DNA of 64,000 nt from Myxococcales bacterium (GTDB lineage Bacteria > Myxococcota_A > UBA9042 > JABWCM01 > BTVJ01), in assembly GCA_045863395.1 (NCBI GenBank), contig BTVJ01000035.1:11516-75515 (forward strand). Direction: 5' to 3'. Position numbers and translations under genes: made by a program. Each line of letters starts with the position of its first letter. The stretch's first letter is position 1. Below are positions 8,539 through 18,106 of the stretch, piece by piece. The notes beneath the pieces were generated by a model that made no database searches, had not been told where the DNA came from, and was given only the letters and a program-made list of their open reading frames with translations.

Positions 8539-9504
8539 TTGACACACACCGCCATCACCGTCAGCGGCACCGGCCCTGGGGCCGCCGCCGCCTTGCTGCG
8601 CCTCGGCCGCATGGGGGTTCGGGGGGTGGCCCTGGACCCGGGGGACGGGCCCGACTACGACGATGAGCTCCCGCACCTCCTCTCCGGGCACGGAGCCGGA
8701 GTGCTGCGGCGGCTCGGAGTATGGGAGGAGGTGGCTGCCCAGGCTCACTGCCTGCGCCGGGTGCGGCTCCACGGCCCCCGCGGCAGCGCCATCGAGGCGC
8801 CCTTGGGTGGTCTGTGGGTGCTGCCGCCGCGATGGCTGGAGTCCGTGCTGCTCCGGGCCGCCCACGAGGCGGGGATCGTCGAGGCGCGCGCCACGTCGGC
8901 GCTCACGGTGCTCGACGCGCCGTGCGTCCCCGACTTCCGCGCCGGGACCGTCGTCGTGCAGAGGTACGCGGGCCTGGCGTGCGACCAGGATGCCCTCGTG
9001 CTCGCGCTCGTGGACGGCGCTGTCTGCTGGGTTGCTCCTCAGGGCGGTGGCCAGGCCGTTGTCGGCGCCGTGGTCACGGCCGACGATGCGAGGTCAGCGG
9101 TGCTGGCCTTCGAGCGCTTGGTGTGCGGCTCCCTGGCTCAGCGGCTTGGGGACGCCGCCGCCGTGGGTACCCTTGCCGTGTGCGGGATCCCACGTCCGGT
9201 GACCTCCCGCCCCGGCACCCTCCCCATTCGCCCCGCCGACCCCGTCCCGAGCCTCGTGGGTGACTGCGGCGTCGACCTGACGCTGGAGACGGGGCTCCTG
9301 GCTGGCGACCACGCCGCCCGCGTCGTGCTGGGGGGGCTCGATCCTGCCGCCGCCGCGGACGCCTATGGCCGCAAGGCTCGGTGGCTCGCGCTCCCCACCG
9401 ACGGCGTCCGCTGGGCCAGTGTTCGGCTCCTGCGGAGCCATCTCGCGCGTGCCGCCGTCTCGCTCGCCTCCCTCCGCGGACTTCGCCGCCTGGGGTCGCG
9501 CTAG
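8539..9504 (+). CDS. Divergent geranylgeranyl-reductase-like FAD-dependent oxidoreductase; start uncertain
   Basis: Degenerate Rossmann motif VSGTGPGAAAAL; LRRLG; PRWLESVLLRAA; VGDCGVDLTLETGLLAG. Confidence 0.5.
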   Translation: MTHTAITVSGTGPGAAAALLRLGRMGVRGVALDPGDGPDYDDELPHLLSGHGAGVLRRLGVWEEVAAQAHCLRRVRLHGPRGSAIEAPLGGLWVLPPRWLESVLLRAAHEAGIVEARATSALTVLDAPCVPDFRAGTVVVQRYAGLACDQDALVLALVDGAVCWVAPQGGGQAVVGAVVTADDARSAVLAFERLVCGSLAQRLGDAAAVGTLAVCGIPRPVTSRPGTLPIRPADPVPSLVGDCGVDLTLETGLLAGDHAARVVLGGLDPAAAADAYGRKARWLALPTDGVRWASVRLLRSHLARAAVSLASLRGLRRLGSR

Positions 9505-9510
9505 CGGCAG

Positions 9511-10521
9511 CTACCGTGCGCTCGCGCCGGTCGACGCAGCCCCCCCCGGCTTCGCGTCGGGCTTTGGCGCCTTGGCGGCGATGACGCCGCAGTCGCAGCC
9601 CCACGATGTCGGCAGCCTGGCGCAGGCCTCGGCGGCGATGAGGCGGTGGCCCTCCCGGTTGGGGTGGATGTCGTCGAAGCTGTGCAGCTCCTTCCGCAGG
9701 TACCACCGGGGGAGCTCCCGCGCCTCCGAGATCAGGCGCTCGCGCGCAGCGGCCCGCTCCTCCTCGGGCAGCGCGGCGAGCTCCTTCCTGATGGCGGGGC
9801 TCCGATCCACGGCCCGCTCCATCGCCTCCCGCGAGCGGAGCAGGGCGGTCGTGTCCCGCAGCGGCGAGTCGTAGAGGTCGACGGAGACGTCCGGCAGGTC
9901 GCCGTCCTCCCAAGCCGCCTTGTCCTTCGCGTGCCGCCCGAGGGCGTCGGCGGGAGCGAGGCGGCCCATCAGGAAGTCCACCACCTTCCGGGTGTGGCGA
10001 CGGTAGGCGAGCCCCGCCGTGCCTGCCCACCGGCGGGAATCGCCCTCGCTCCCCCATGGCGACAGGCTCAGGCCAACCACCTTCATCTTGGCGCCGCGAG
10101 CGCTCCGGATGAGCTGGAACAGCTCCGCGTTGGTCTTCTCGGGGGTCCCGACGCTGTTCAACCCCCCCAGGATGACCACCCAGTGGTCCCCTTTGGGGGT
10201 CTTCAGGTTCCGGTTCTTGAGGACCTGGGCCTCGAACCGCCGCTTCATGGCCCAGGCGCCATACCGCGCCTTGGCGATGTTCACCACCTCCGTGTTGCTG
10301 CACGCCTCCTGCAGCACAGTGCCGAAGTTGCCGGCGTCGTAGGCGGCGACCGAGCCGCCCACGATCACCGCCTTGACGGGCCGGTCGGTGCGAAATCGCC
10401 AGGTCCCGACCGGCTCGTTCTGCCCGGGGACCGGCTCGGGCTCCCCGTCGGCCCGGGCGGGCCCGGCGAGGAGGCAGAGGAGGATTGGCGCGAGCGCGCC
10501 CAGGCTGCGAGTCTGTGTCAT
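9511..10521 (-). CDS. Secreted SGNH/GDSL hydrolase family protein
   Basis: Signal peptide; IVGGSVA, LGGLNS, DDIHPNREGH. Confidence 0.8.
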   Translation of the reverse strand: MTQTRSLGALAPILLCLLAGPARADGEPEPVPGQNEPVGTWRFRTDRPVKAVIVGGSVAAYDAGNFGTVLQEACSNTEVVNIAKARYGAWAMKRRFEAQVLKNRNLKTPKGDHWVVILGGLNSVGTPEKTNAELFQLIRSARGAKMKVVGLSLSPWGSEGDSRRWAGTAGLAYRRHTRKVVDFLMGRLAPADALGRHAKDKAAWEDGDLPDVSVDLYDSPLRDTTALLRSREAMERAVDRSPAIRKELAALPEEERAAARERLISEARELPRWYLRKELHSFDDIHPNREGHRLIAAEACARLPTSWGCDCGVIAAKAPKPDAKPGGAASTGASAR

Positions 10522-10787
10522 CTTCGATGCTCCGTCATGTCCCGGCGAGGGGATCCATTTCTACGTGTCCTTTGGGTGGCGCTCAACAACAATCGCCATG
10601 CCGATGCGGCCCGTGAGCGCGGGGCGGGTGCGCTCCCCGCCCGCCCCCTCGCTGCGCGTCGGCCCCCTGGGTGACGAGACGCCGCCGCCCCGACTTGCCT
10701 CCGTCGCGCTGGTCTCGTAGCCTCTGCGATGGGCGGCCGGAGCCGTCCACCCTGACCACATCGTCGCGGTACCAACAGGAGCCCCGC

Positions 10788-13700
10788 ATGTATACGCGGA
10801 CACGGTTTGCTCTCGCCCTGCTGCTCGCCCTGGGCGCTTGCTCCGATGACACCACGACCCCCGGTGCCACCGACCCCGATGGGCTCGGCGCAGACGCCGA
10901 CGGCGCGTCGGGCACCATCGACACCGGGGACGCTGCCGAGCCCGGGGACGGCGGCGGCTCCCTCGACGTCTTCATCGACAAGGGGGACGGCACGAACACC
11001 AAGGACAGCGGCGGCCTGGACGCCGAGGGCGACGTCCCGCCCCTGTGCGGCGTGTTCGGCGTGCCGTGCCTCGCCAACGGGGACTGCTGCTCCGGCTACT
11101 GCGTGGAGACGTTCGACGGCTTCCAATGCACGGACGAGTGCCTGGAGAACTGCCCCGAGGGGTGGGCCTGCAAGGTGGTCTCGAACACTCCGCCCGACGT
11201 GGTGTCCATCTGCGTCCCGAACCTCTCCAAGCTCTGCCACGAGTGCAAGACGAACCTGCAGTGCAATGGCGGGACGTGCATCCCGCTCGGGGCGGGGACC
11301 TACTGCACGGTGGATTGCTCCGTAGACTCGTGCCCGACCGGCTACGACTGCGTCGAGTCCGCGGACGGCGCAATGCAGTGCCTGCCCGCCAACGGAACGT
11401 GCGACTGCGATGCCGCGAACGCGGGCGCACAGCGGCCCTGTGCGAACCAGAATGAGTTCGGGATCTGCAACGGCGTCGAGGTCTGTGACGCGACAACGGG
11501 CTGGGGCTCCTGCAACGCCAAGAATCCGGCCGAGGAGGTCTGCGACGGGGTGGACAACGACTGCGACGGCGTCGCCGACGAGGACTTCCAGCAGGCCGAG
11601 CCGTGCGAGGCGACCAGCGACCTCGGCACCTGCACGGGTGTCGCGACCTGCCAGGGAGCCTCGGGCTGGGTGTGCTCCGCCAGCCAGCCCCAGGAGGAGC
11701 TGTGCGACTTCCTCGACAACGACTGCGATGGCTCCACGGACGAGGGCTTCAAGGGCACCGATGGAAAGTACGCGACCTTGAACCACTGCGGCGGGTGTGG
11801 CAAGGACTGCGAGGGGCTCTTCCCCAACGCGGTGGCCAAGTGCGATGGCTCGGCGGTCACGCCCCAGTGCGCGGTCGACACCTGCGAGCCCGGCTACTAC
11901 AAAGCCAACGATTACCAGTGCCTGGTGCAGCAGAACACCACGTGCCAGCCGTGCGTCGCCGACTTCCAGTGCGCTGGGGGGGCGTGTGTGACCATCGGCG
12001 AGGGCAGCTTCTGCACCATGCTCTGCACTTCGACCGACCAGTGTGGCGGGGGGGCGTTGTGCCTGCCCGTCGCGGCCCCTGACGGCACCCCCAAGGGCCA
12101 GGGCTGCACCCCCACGAGCGGCTCCTGCGACTGTAGCCCGAAGACCGAGGGGCAGAAGCGCCCCTGCACCGCCACCAACAACCTGGGCACTTGCTACGGC
12201 TTCGAGACCTGCCAGGGGGACGCTGGCTGGAGCACGTGTGACGCGGTGCCGCCCGGCTTCGAGGACTGCAACGGCCTCGACGACGACTGCAACGGCCTCG
12301 TGGACGACGGCCTGCCGGTGACCATGCCGTGCGAGTCCACGTGGCCCGGCGTCGGCACGTGCGGCGGCGAGTCGAGCTGCTTCGGCTCGGCGGGGTGGGT
12401 GTGCAGTGCCCCCAAGCCGACGGTCGAGGTCTGCGACTACAAGGACAACGACTGCGATGGTGCCGTCGACGAGCCCTTCAAGAACGCGGCGGGCAAGTAC
12501 GCGACCGTGGACCACTGCGGCTCGTGCGGGACCAAGTGCGAGAACGCCATCCCCAACGCGACGGCGAAGTGCGAAGCGAGCGGGACCACGCCGCTCTGCG
12601 TGGTCGCCGAGTGCGCCCCCGGGTTCTACAAGCTCAACGACTTCATCTGCCTGAAGGAGGGCGATAGCTGGTGCAGCGCCTGCCTGACGGACGCCCAGTG
12701 CAACGGCAAGGAGTGTGTGCAGATCGCTGACGGGCTGTTCTGCTCGACGGCCTGTGTCGTGAACGAGGACTGCCCGGAGGGCTTCGGCTGCCAGGACGTG
12801 GACGACCCGGACACGGGCGGGAAGGCTGGCTTCTGCGTGCCGGCCAACGGGGCCTGCGACTGCAACCCGGACACCAACGGCGCCAAGAAGCCCTGCGAGG
12901 CGACCAACGACATCGGGACCTGTGTGGGCTTCAGCGTGTGCGCGGCGCAGACCGGGTGGGGGCCCTGTGGGGCGGCGGATCCAGCCGTAGAGGTCTGCGA
13001 CGGCATCGACAACGACTGCAACGGCTTCATCGACGACGGCCTGCCGGCGACGCAGCCCTGCGAGGTGAGCAATGCCTTTGGGTCCTGCGCGGGGACGGCG
13101 ACCTGCGCGGGGACGCAGGGGTGGCTCTGCAGCGCGAAGACCCCGGCAGCCGAGACCTGCAACTTCCTGGACGACGACTGCGACGGGCAGGTGGACGAGG
13201 ACTACAAGACCGACGGCAAGTACGCGAGCAGCCAGCACTGCGGCACGTGCAACGCGGTCTGCGACGGGGCCATCGAAAACGCAGCCAGCGAGACCTGTGA
13301 CGGCACCAAGGCCAAGCCGCAGTGCGTGGTCCAGGAGTGCGACCCAGGGTTCTACAAGCTTAACGACTTCCAGTGCATCGCCCAGCCCAAGGTGACCTGC
13401 TTCCCCTGCACGTCGGACGCCAACTGCTTCGGTGGGGCCTGCGTCACGTTGGGGGACGGGAAGGCGTGCGTGGACAAGTGCGCCGTCCAGGCGGACTGCT
13501 CGGCCGGCTTCACCTGCCAGGGCGGCCAATGCATGCCCCAGTCGGGCTCCTGCGACTGCACCGAGGCGACCAAGGGCGTCAAGAAGTTCTGCGCCAATGA
13601 GAACGCGACAGGCACCTGCGTCGGCTTCTCCACGTGCAACCCGGCCACGGGTTGGAGCCCTTGCGACGCGCCGACGCCCGCAGCCGAGACCTGCAACGGC

Positions 13701-16700
13701 CTCGACGACGACTGCGACGGCATCCCCGACGACGGCATGCCGGTCACGCAGCCCTGCCAGAACACGAGCCCCTTCGGTGTGTGCAACGGGGACGCCGTGT
13801 GCTCGGGTGGCCTCGGGTGGGTGTGCCAGGCGCCGACCCCCACGGCAGAGACGTGTGACTTCAAGGACAACGACTGCGATGGGCAGATAGACGAGGACTT
13901 CAAGAACGCGGGCGGCAAGTACGGGTCCATGCAGCACTGCGGGACCTGCAACAAGGCCTGCGGGGCGACCATCGCCAACGCGCTGACCGAGGTGTGCGAC
14001 GCGAGCAAGCAGGTGCCCCAGTGCATCGTCTCCGAGTGCCAGCCCGGCTACTTCAAGCAGAACGAGCTGTCCTGCGTGCCCAACCCCGCCATCGCGTGCA
14101 CCCCGTGCGTCGCGGACGACACCTGCTTCGGCGGCAAGTGTACGACCGTCGGCGCCGGGAAGTTCTGCCTGGAGCAGTGCTCGGGCAACACCTGCAAGGC
14201 GGGGTACACGTGCTCCGGCGGTGTGTGCAAGCCGGACAACAACTCCTGCGACTGCACGGCGGCGACGGCGGGAGCCAAGCGGACCTGCACCAAGATCAAC
14301 GCGCTTGGCACCTGCCTCGGCTTCGAGACCTGCGACCCGGCGGTGGGCTGGGCCGGCTGCACCGCGGAGCTGGCGAAGGCTGAGGAGTGCGACGGCAAGG
14401 ACAACGACTGCAACGGGCTCATCGACGACGGCCTGCCCGCGAAGGAGGCCTGCGCCAACAAGAACGGCTACGGGACCTGCGCCGGCTTCGCGAGCTGCTT
14501 CGGCACCGCAGGCTGGGTGTGCCAGGCTCCGGTTCCGGGTCCCGAGGAGTGCGACTTCAAGGACAACGACTGCGATGGGCTGACGGACGAGGACTTCAAA
14601 GACGGCACGGGCAAGTACTCCAGCGTCCAGAACTGCGGCACGTGCGGAAACGTCTGCGGTGACAAGTATCCCTATTCTGCGGTGGAGGTGTGCGACGCCT
14701 CCAAGTCGGTGCCGCAGTGCATCGTGAGCGTCTGTGAGGAGGGCTACCTGAAGCTGAGCGATTTCCAGTGCCTGGAGATTCCCGCCGTCGCCTGCGAGCC
14801 GTGCTCGACGGACGCCAACTGCTTCGGCTCGACGTGTGCCCAGGTGGACACGGGGCTCTTCTGCCTGGAGAGCTGCGATGCCGGGGCGTGTCCCGAGGGC
14901 TACTTCTGCTCCGACAACCTGTGCAGGCCGTGGAACGGGACGTGCGACTGCACGGTGGAGACCGCAGGCAACAAGCGGACCTGCTCGCTGACCAACCCCA
15001 TCGGCAAGTGCTTCGGCTTCGAGACCTGCGTGCCGGCGAGCGGGTGGAGCACGTGTGACGCGGTGCCGCCGGCGACCGAGACCTGCAACGGCAAGGACGA
15101 CGACTGCAACGGCTTCATCGACGACGGGCTCCCGCCGACCCAGAGCTGCCAGGTGACCAACCAGTTCGGGACGTGCACGGGCACCTCCGTGTGCTACGGC
15201 ACCATCGGGTGGTTCTGCCAGGCGCCCAAGCCGGAGGCGGAGACCTGCAACTACAAGGACGACGACTGCGATGGGCTGACCGACGAGACCTTCAAGAACG
15301 GTCAGGGCAAGTACGGCTCCCAGGCGCACTGCGGCGGCTGCAACACGAGCTGCGACGGGGCGGTGATCAACGGAACGGCCGTCTGCGACGCCACGAAGCC
15401 CGTGCCCCAGTGCGTCGTGGAGTCCTGCGCCCTCGGGTGGGAGAAGTACAACGACTTCCTGTGCATCCCCATCACGAGCACGCTCTGCGAGCCCTGCGCC
15501 GTCGATGAGAACTGCGTCGTCGAAGGGGCAAAGTGCGTCGGGTTGCTCGACGGCCTGCGGTGCGGCATCGCCTGCAACATCGACACGGACTGCCCTGCGG
15601 GCTACCTCTGCGAGGACCCGGGCGTGGGGTCCAAGCAATGCATCCCGGCGACCGGGTCCTGCGACTGCGATGGCTCCAACCTGGATCTGCAGGTGGCCTG
15701 CAAGCAGGAGTATCAGGCACCCGGTGGGCCCGTGACCACCTGCTTCGGCACCGCATACTGCACGGCGAGCGGCTGGACTCCCTGCGTCCTGCCGAGCGAG
15801 GTGTGCAACGGTGTGGACGACGACTGCGATGGGCTCGCCGACGAGACCTTCAAGGACGCCAGCGGGAAGTACGTCACGGACGCCCACTGCGGCAAGTGCA
15901 ACCTGAACTGCGCGGCCATCAACTTCATCAACGCGAGCGGCGTGTGCGACACGGCGCCGGCGACGCCCGACTGCGCCATGAAGTGCGATGTCGGCTTCTT
16001 CGACACCAACAAGAACCCGGCCGATGGCTGCGAGTGCAAGTGGACGAGCAGCGTGGACTACCCGGACGGCGTCGACCAGAACTGCGACGGCATCGACGGC
16101 GACATCAGCGTCGGTATCTTCGTGGCCAAGAACGGCAACGACGCCAACCCGGGCACCATCGCGCTGCCCAAGCTGACCATCCAGGCGGGCATCGACGCCG
16201 CGGTGAGCGGGGGCAAGCGGGACGTGTACGTCCAGACGGGCGTCTACTCCGAGAGCGTGGCGCTTGCGGCGGGCGTCGGTGTGTACGGAGGCTACAACGC
16301 GGACTACCACGTTCGCGACGTACTGCTCTACGAGACCGCGGTCATCGGGGTCGCGCCGACGGCGCAGAAGAAGGGCGCGGTCAACGCCCTCGACATCAAG
16401 GGCGTCGGAGAGAAGACGGTCTTCGACGGGTTCACGGTGTTCGGCGTCAACAACAACGCCCCCGGCGGCAACAGCTACGGGATCTACGCCCGAAACTGCG
16501 ACGGGCGGCTGGTCGTGCGCAACAACCGGGTGATCGCGGGCTCCGGCGGCAACGGGGCTGCGGGCTCCAAGGGGGGCGATGGGGCGCTGGGCGGCGTCGG
16601 CGCCGGAGGCGTGAACGCGCAGGACATCGGAGCGTGCACGAGTGGGCTGATCACGAGCGGTGGCGCGGGCTCGCCCATGACGTGCGGCGGCGTCAACACG

Positions 16701-17771
16701 TCCGGCGGCAAGGGCGGCGACGGCTACTGCCCCAACTACAGCACGGCCCAGCAGAACGCCGCGGAGAGCGGCACCGCAGGGGCGAACGGCGGCGGGTCGG
16801 GCGGGGGCCAGGGCTACGACGGCGTCATCGCCAGCGTCTTCGGGGGCGGCTCGGGCACCTGCCTTGGCTCCTGCGGCGGCCAGGGCATCGGAGGATGCTG
16901 GTGTGACTCGTCCTGCGTGACCTTCGGTGACTGCTGCTCCGACGCCTGCACCTGGTGCGGCCTGAATTGCGGCGGCGGGGGCGGCAGCACTTGCACCATC
17001 GGCAACGGCTGCGGGTCCTGCATCATCCCGCCGAACAACCTCCCCATGGTGGGAGCCGACGGCGGCACCGGCAAGGACGGCACCCAAGGGGCGGGAGGCC
17101 AGGGGTGCGCCCAGGTCGCCGGCGGAGTAACGAACGGCGAGTGGGTGGGCACGAGCGGCAGCCCCGGCGCGGCAGGTGGCCACGGTGCGGGTGGCGGCGG
17201 TGGTGGCGCGGGCAATGGCGTGCAGGTGTGCGGCTGTGCCGGCTCCGACGGGGGCAGCGACGTGGGCGGCACGGGCGGCGGCGGTGGTGCAGGCGGCTGC
17301 GCCGGCACTGGCGGGGTCGGCGGTGGAAGCGGCGGTGGATCGTTTGCCGTGTTCCTGGTGTTCGACGTGGCGCCGGCCTCGGCCCCCATCGTAGAGAACA
17401 ACCTGCTGCAGCGCGGCAATGGCGGCCTCGGTGGCCCCGGCGGCAGCGGCGGCGTCGGCGGCGTCGGGGGGTTGGGCGGCAAGGGCGGCAACGCCGGGAC
17501 CGGGGCCAACACGACCTTCTGCGCGGGCAAAGGCGGCAACGGTGGTGAGGGCGGCGCCGGTGGCCATGGCGCCGGCGGCGGCGGTGGCTGCGGCGGCGCG
17601 AGCTACGCCATCTTCGCCTTCGGGCAGGGTGGGGTCAGCCTCGCCGCCATCAAGTCTGCCAACTCGGTGCTCCCAGGTGGTGCAGGCGGCGCGGGAGGGC
17701 CCGGCGGGCTCTCACTGGGCAACGGCGGCGGCAACGGCTCGGCGGGCGCCTTCACGGCGGCCAACTTCTGA
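10788..17771 (+). CDS. Giant Cys-rich surface lipoprotein (2327 aa): tandem metal-binding repeats, beta-helix-like region, Gly-rich tail with somatomedin-B-like insert
   Basis: AGGAG RBS; lipobox LALGAC; repeated E.CxGxD(N/D)DCDGxxDE motifs; IFVAKNGNDANPGT..PKLTIQAGI; PGRS-like Gly-rich C-terminus. Confidence 0.9.
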   Translation: MYTRTRFALALLLALGACSDDTTTPGATDPDGLGADADGASGTIDTGDAAEPGDGGGSLDVFIDKGDGTNTKDSGGLDAEGDVPPLCGVFGVPCLANGDCCSGYCVETFDGFQCTDECLENCPEGWACKVVSNTPPDVVSICVPNLSKLCHECKTNLQCNGGTCIPLGAGTYCTVDCSVDSCPTGYDCVESADGAMQCLPANGTCDCDAANAGAQRPCANQNEFGICNGVEVCDATTGWGSCNAKNPAEEVCDGVDNDCDGVADEDFQQAEPCEATSDLGTCTGVATCQGASGWVCSASQPQEELCDFLDNDCDGSTDEGFKGTDGKYATLNHCGGCGKDCEGLFPNAVAKCDGSAVTPQCAVDTCEPGYYKANDYQCLVQQNTTCQPCVADFQCAGGACVTIGEGSFCTMLCTSTDQCGGGALCLPVAAPDGTPKGQGCTPTSGSCDCSPKTEGQKRPCTATNNLGTCYGFETCQGDAGWSTCDAVPPGFEDCNGLDDDCNGLVDDGLPVTMPCESTWPGVGTCGGESSCFGSAGWVCSAPKPTVEVCDYKDNDCDGAVDEPFKNAAGKYATVDHCGSCGTKCENAIPNATAKCEASGTTPLCVVAECAPGFYKLNDFICLKEGDSWCSACLTDAQCNGKECVQIADGLFCSTACVVNEDCPEGFGCQDVDDPDTGGKAGFCVPANGACDCNPDTNGAKKPCEATNDIGTCVGFSVCAAQTGWGPCGAADPAVEVCDGIDNDCNGFIDDGLPATQPCEVSNAFGSCAGTATCAGTQGWLCSAKTPAAETCNFLDDDCDGQVDEDYKTDGKYASSQHCGTCNAVCDGAIENAASETCDGTKAKPQCVVQECDPGFYKLNDFQCIAQPKVTCFPCTSDANCFGGACVTLGDGKACVDKCAVQADCSAGFTCQGGQCMPQSGSCDCTEATKGVKKFCANENATGTCVGFSTCNPATGWSPCDAPTPAAETCNGLDDDCDGIPDDGMPVTQPCQNTSPFGVCNGDAVCSGGLGWVCQAPTPTAETCDFKDNDCDGQIDEDFKNAGGKYGSMQHCGTCNKACGATIANALTEVCDASKQVPQCIVSECQPGYFKQNELSCVPNPAIACTPCVADDTCFGGKCTTVGAGKFCLEQCSGNTCKAGYTCSGGVCKPDNNSCDCTAATAGAKRTCTKINALGTCLGFETCDPAVGWAGCTAELAKAEECDGKDNDCNGLIDDGLPAKEACANKNGYGTCAGFASCFGTAGWVCQAPVPGPEECDFKDNDCDGLTDEDFKDGTGKYSSVQNCGTCGNVCGDKYPYSAVEVCDASKSVPQCIVSVCEEGYLKLSDFQCLEIPAVACEPCSTDANCFGSTCAQVDTGLFCLESCDAGACPEGYFCSDNLCRPWNGTCDCTVETAGNKRTCSLTNPIGKCFGFETCVPASGWSTCDAVPPATETCNGKDDDCNGFIDDGLPPTQSCQVTNQFGTCTGTSVCYGTIGWFCQAPKPEAETCNYKDDDCDGLTDETFKNGQGKYGSQAHCGGCNTSCDGAVINGTAVCDATKPVPQCVVESCALGWEKYNDFLCIPITSTLCEPCAVDENCVVEGAKCVGLLDGLRCGIACNIDTDCPAGYLCEDPGVGSKQCIPATGSCDCDGSNLDLQVACKQEYQAPGGPVTTCFGTAYCTASGWTPCVLPSEVCNGVDDDCDGLADETFKDASGKYVTDAHCGKCNLNCAAINFINASGVCDTAPATPDCAMKCDVGFFDTNKNPADGCECKWTSSVDYPDGVDQNCDGIDGDISVGIFVAKNGNDANPGTIALPKLTIQAGIDAAVSGGKRDVYVQTGVYSESVALAAGVGVYGGYNADYHVRDVLLYETAVIGVAPTAQKKGAVNALDIKGVGEKTVFDGFTVFGVNNNAPGGNSYGIYARNCDGRLVVRNNRVIAGSGGNGAAGSKGGDGALGGVGAGGVNAQDIGACTSGLITSGGAGSPMTCGGVNTSGGKGGDGYCPNYSTAQQNAAESGTAGANGGGSGGGQGYDGVIASVFGGGSGTCLGSCGGQGIGGCWCDSSCVTFGDCCSDACTWCGLNCGGGGGSTCTIGNGCGSCIIPPNNLPMVGADGGTGKDGTQGAGGQGCAQVAGGVTNGEWVGTSGSPGAAGGHGAGGGGGGAGNGVQVCGCAGSDGGSDVGGTGGGGGAGGCAGTGGVGGGSGGGSFAVFLVFDVAPASAPIVENNLLQRGNGGLGGPGGSGGVGGVGGLGGKGGNAGTGANTTFCAGKGGNGGEGGAGGHGAGGGGGCGGASYAIFAFGQGGVSLAAIKSANSVLPGGAGGAGGPGGLSLGNGGGNGSAGAFTAANF
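11400..15660 (+). repeat. Six tandem 232-243 aa coding modules, followed by a partial seventh
   Basis: CDC anchor codons at 11400, 12126, 12855, 13551, 14247, 14943 and 15660 (periods 726, 729, 696, 696, 696, 717 nt). Confidence 0.85.
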
Positions 17772-17803
17772 TGATCCTCGGGGGGGCGCTGCGACGCGGG
17801 ATG

Positions 17804-17831
17804 TTGCGCCGCCCGCTGATGGGGCTATGGT
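17804..17831 (+). promoter_or_regulatory. Putative sigma70 promoter for the candidate ncRNA
   Basis: TTGCGC-16 nt-TATGGT; predicted +1 near 17838 coincides with the 5' end of the closing stem. Confidence 0.45.
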
Positions 17832-17837
17832 GACAGT

Positions 17838-17997
17838 GCGGAGCGGGGGCGAGGGTGCCGACGAACTCAGGCAGGCGCCCACTGGCCAGGGGATAAGGTC
17901 ACGGAAGTGACCTGCGCGGACCATCGTGCCGCGTGAGATGACCCCCAGTCGGGGGCCCGGCCTCCCTGGCGCCTGCCGGCACCCGCCGTCGCTCCGT
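17838..17997 (+). ncRNA. Candidate ~160-nt structured non-coding RNA, family unassigned
   Basis: Nested helices GCGGAGCG/CGCTCCGT, GGGTGCC/GGCACCC and GGCAGGCGCC/GGCGCCTGCC close three hairpins, including AGGTCAC-GGAA-GTGACCT. Lies between convergent genes. Confidence 0.6.
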
Positions 17998-18106
17998 GAC
18001 ACTCCACTCACAAGGTCGGCAACAAACATGGGCGCGGCCCTCATGCGCCGAGCGGCCCGATGGCGGCCATCAGGGGCGCGCAGCCAGTCGTCGCGGACCC
18101 TGTCAA

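Noticed and set aside
10518..17567. 2349-aa minus-strand ORF and other long antisense or alternate-frame ORFs (e.g. 29125-32808, 45253-48678)
   Set aside because: Shadow ORFs of GC3-biased genes on the opposite strand, with no recognisable motifs.
17768..17774. CTGATGA hammerhead core
   Set aside because: It is the stop-codon region of the giant gene, and there is no matching GAAA or helices.
17896..17915. SRP RNA assignment for the GGAA hairpin
   Set aside because: The stem is fully Watson-Crick paired and lacks the CAGG/AGCAG symmetric loop of SRP helix 8.
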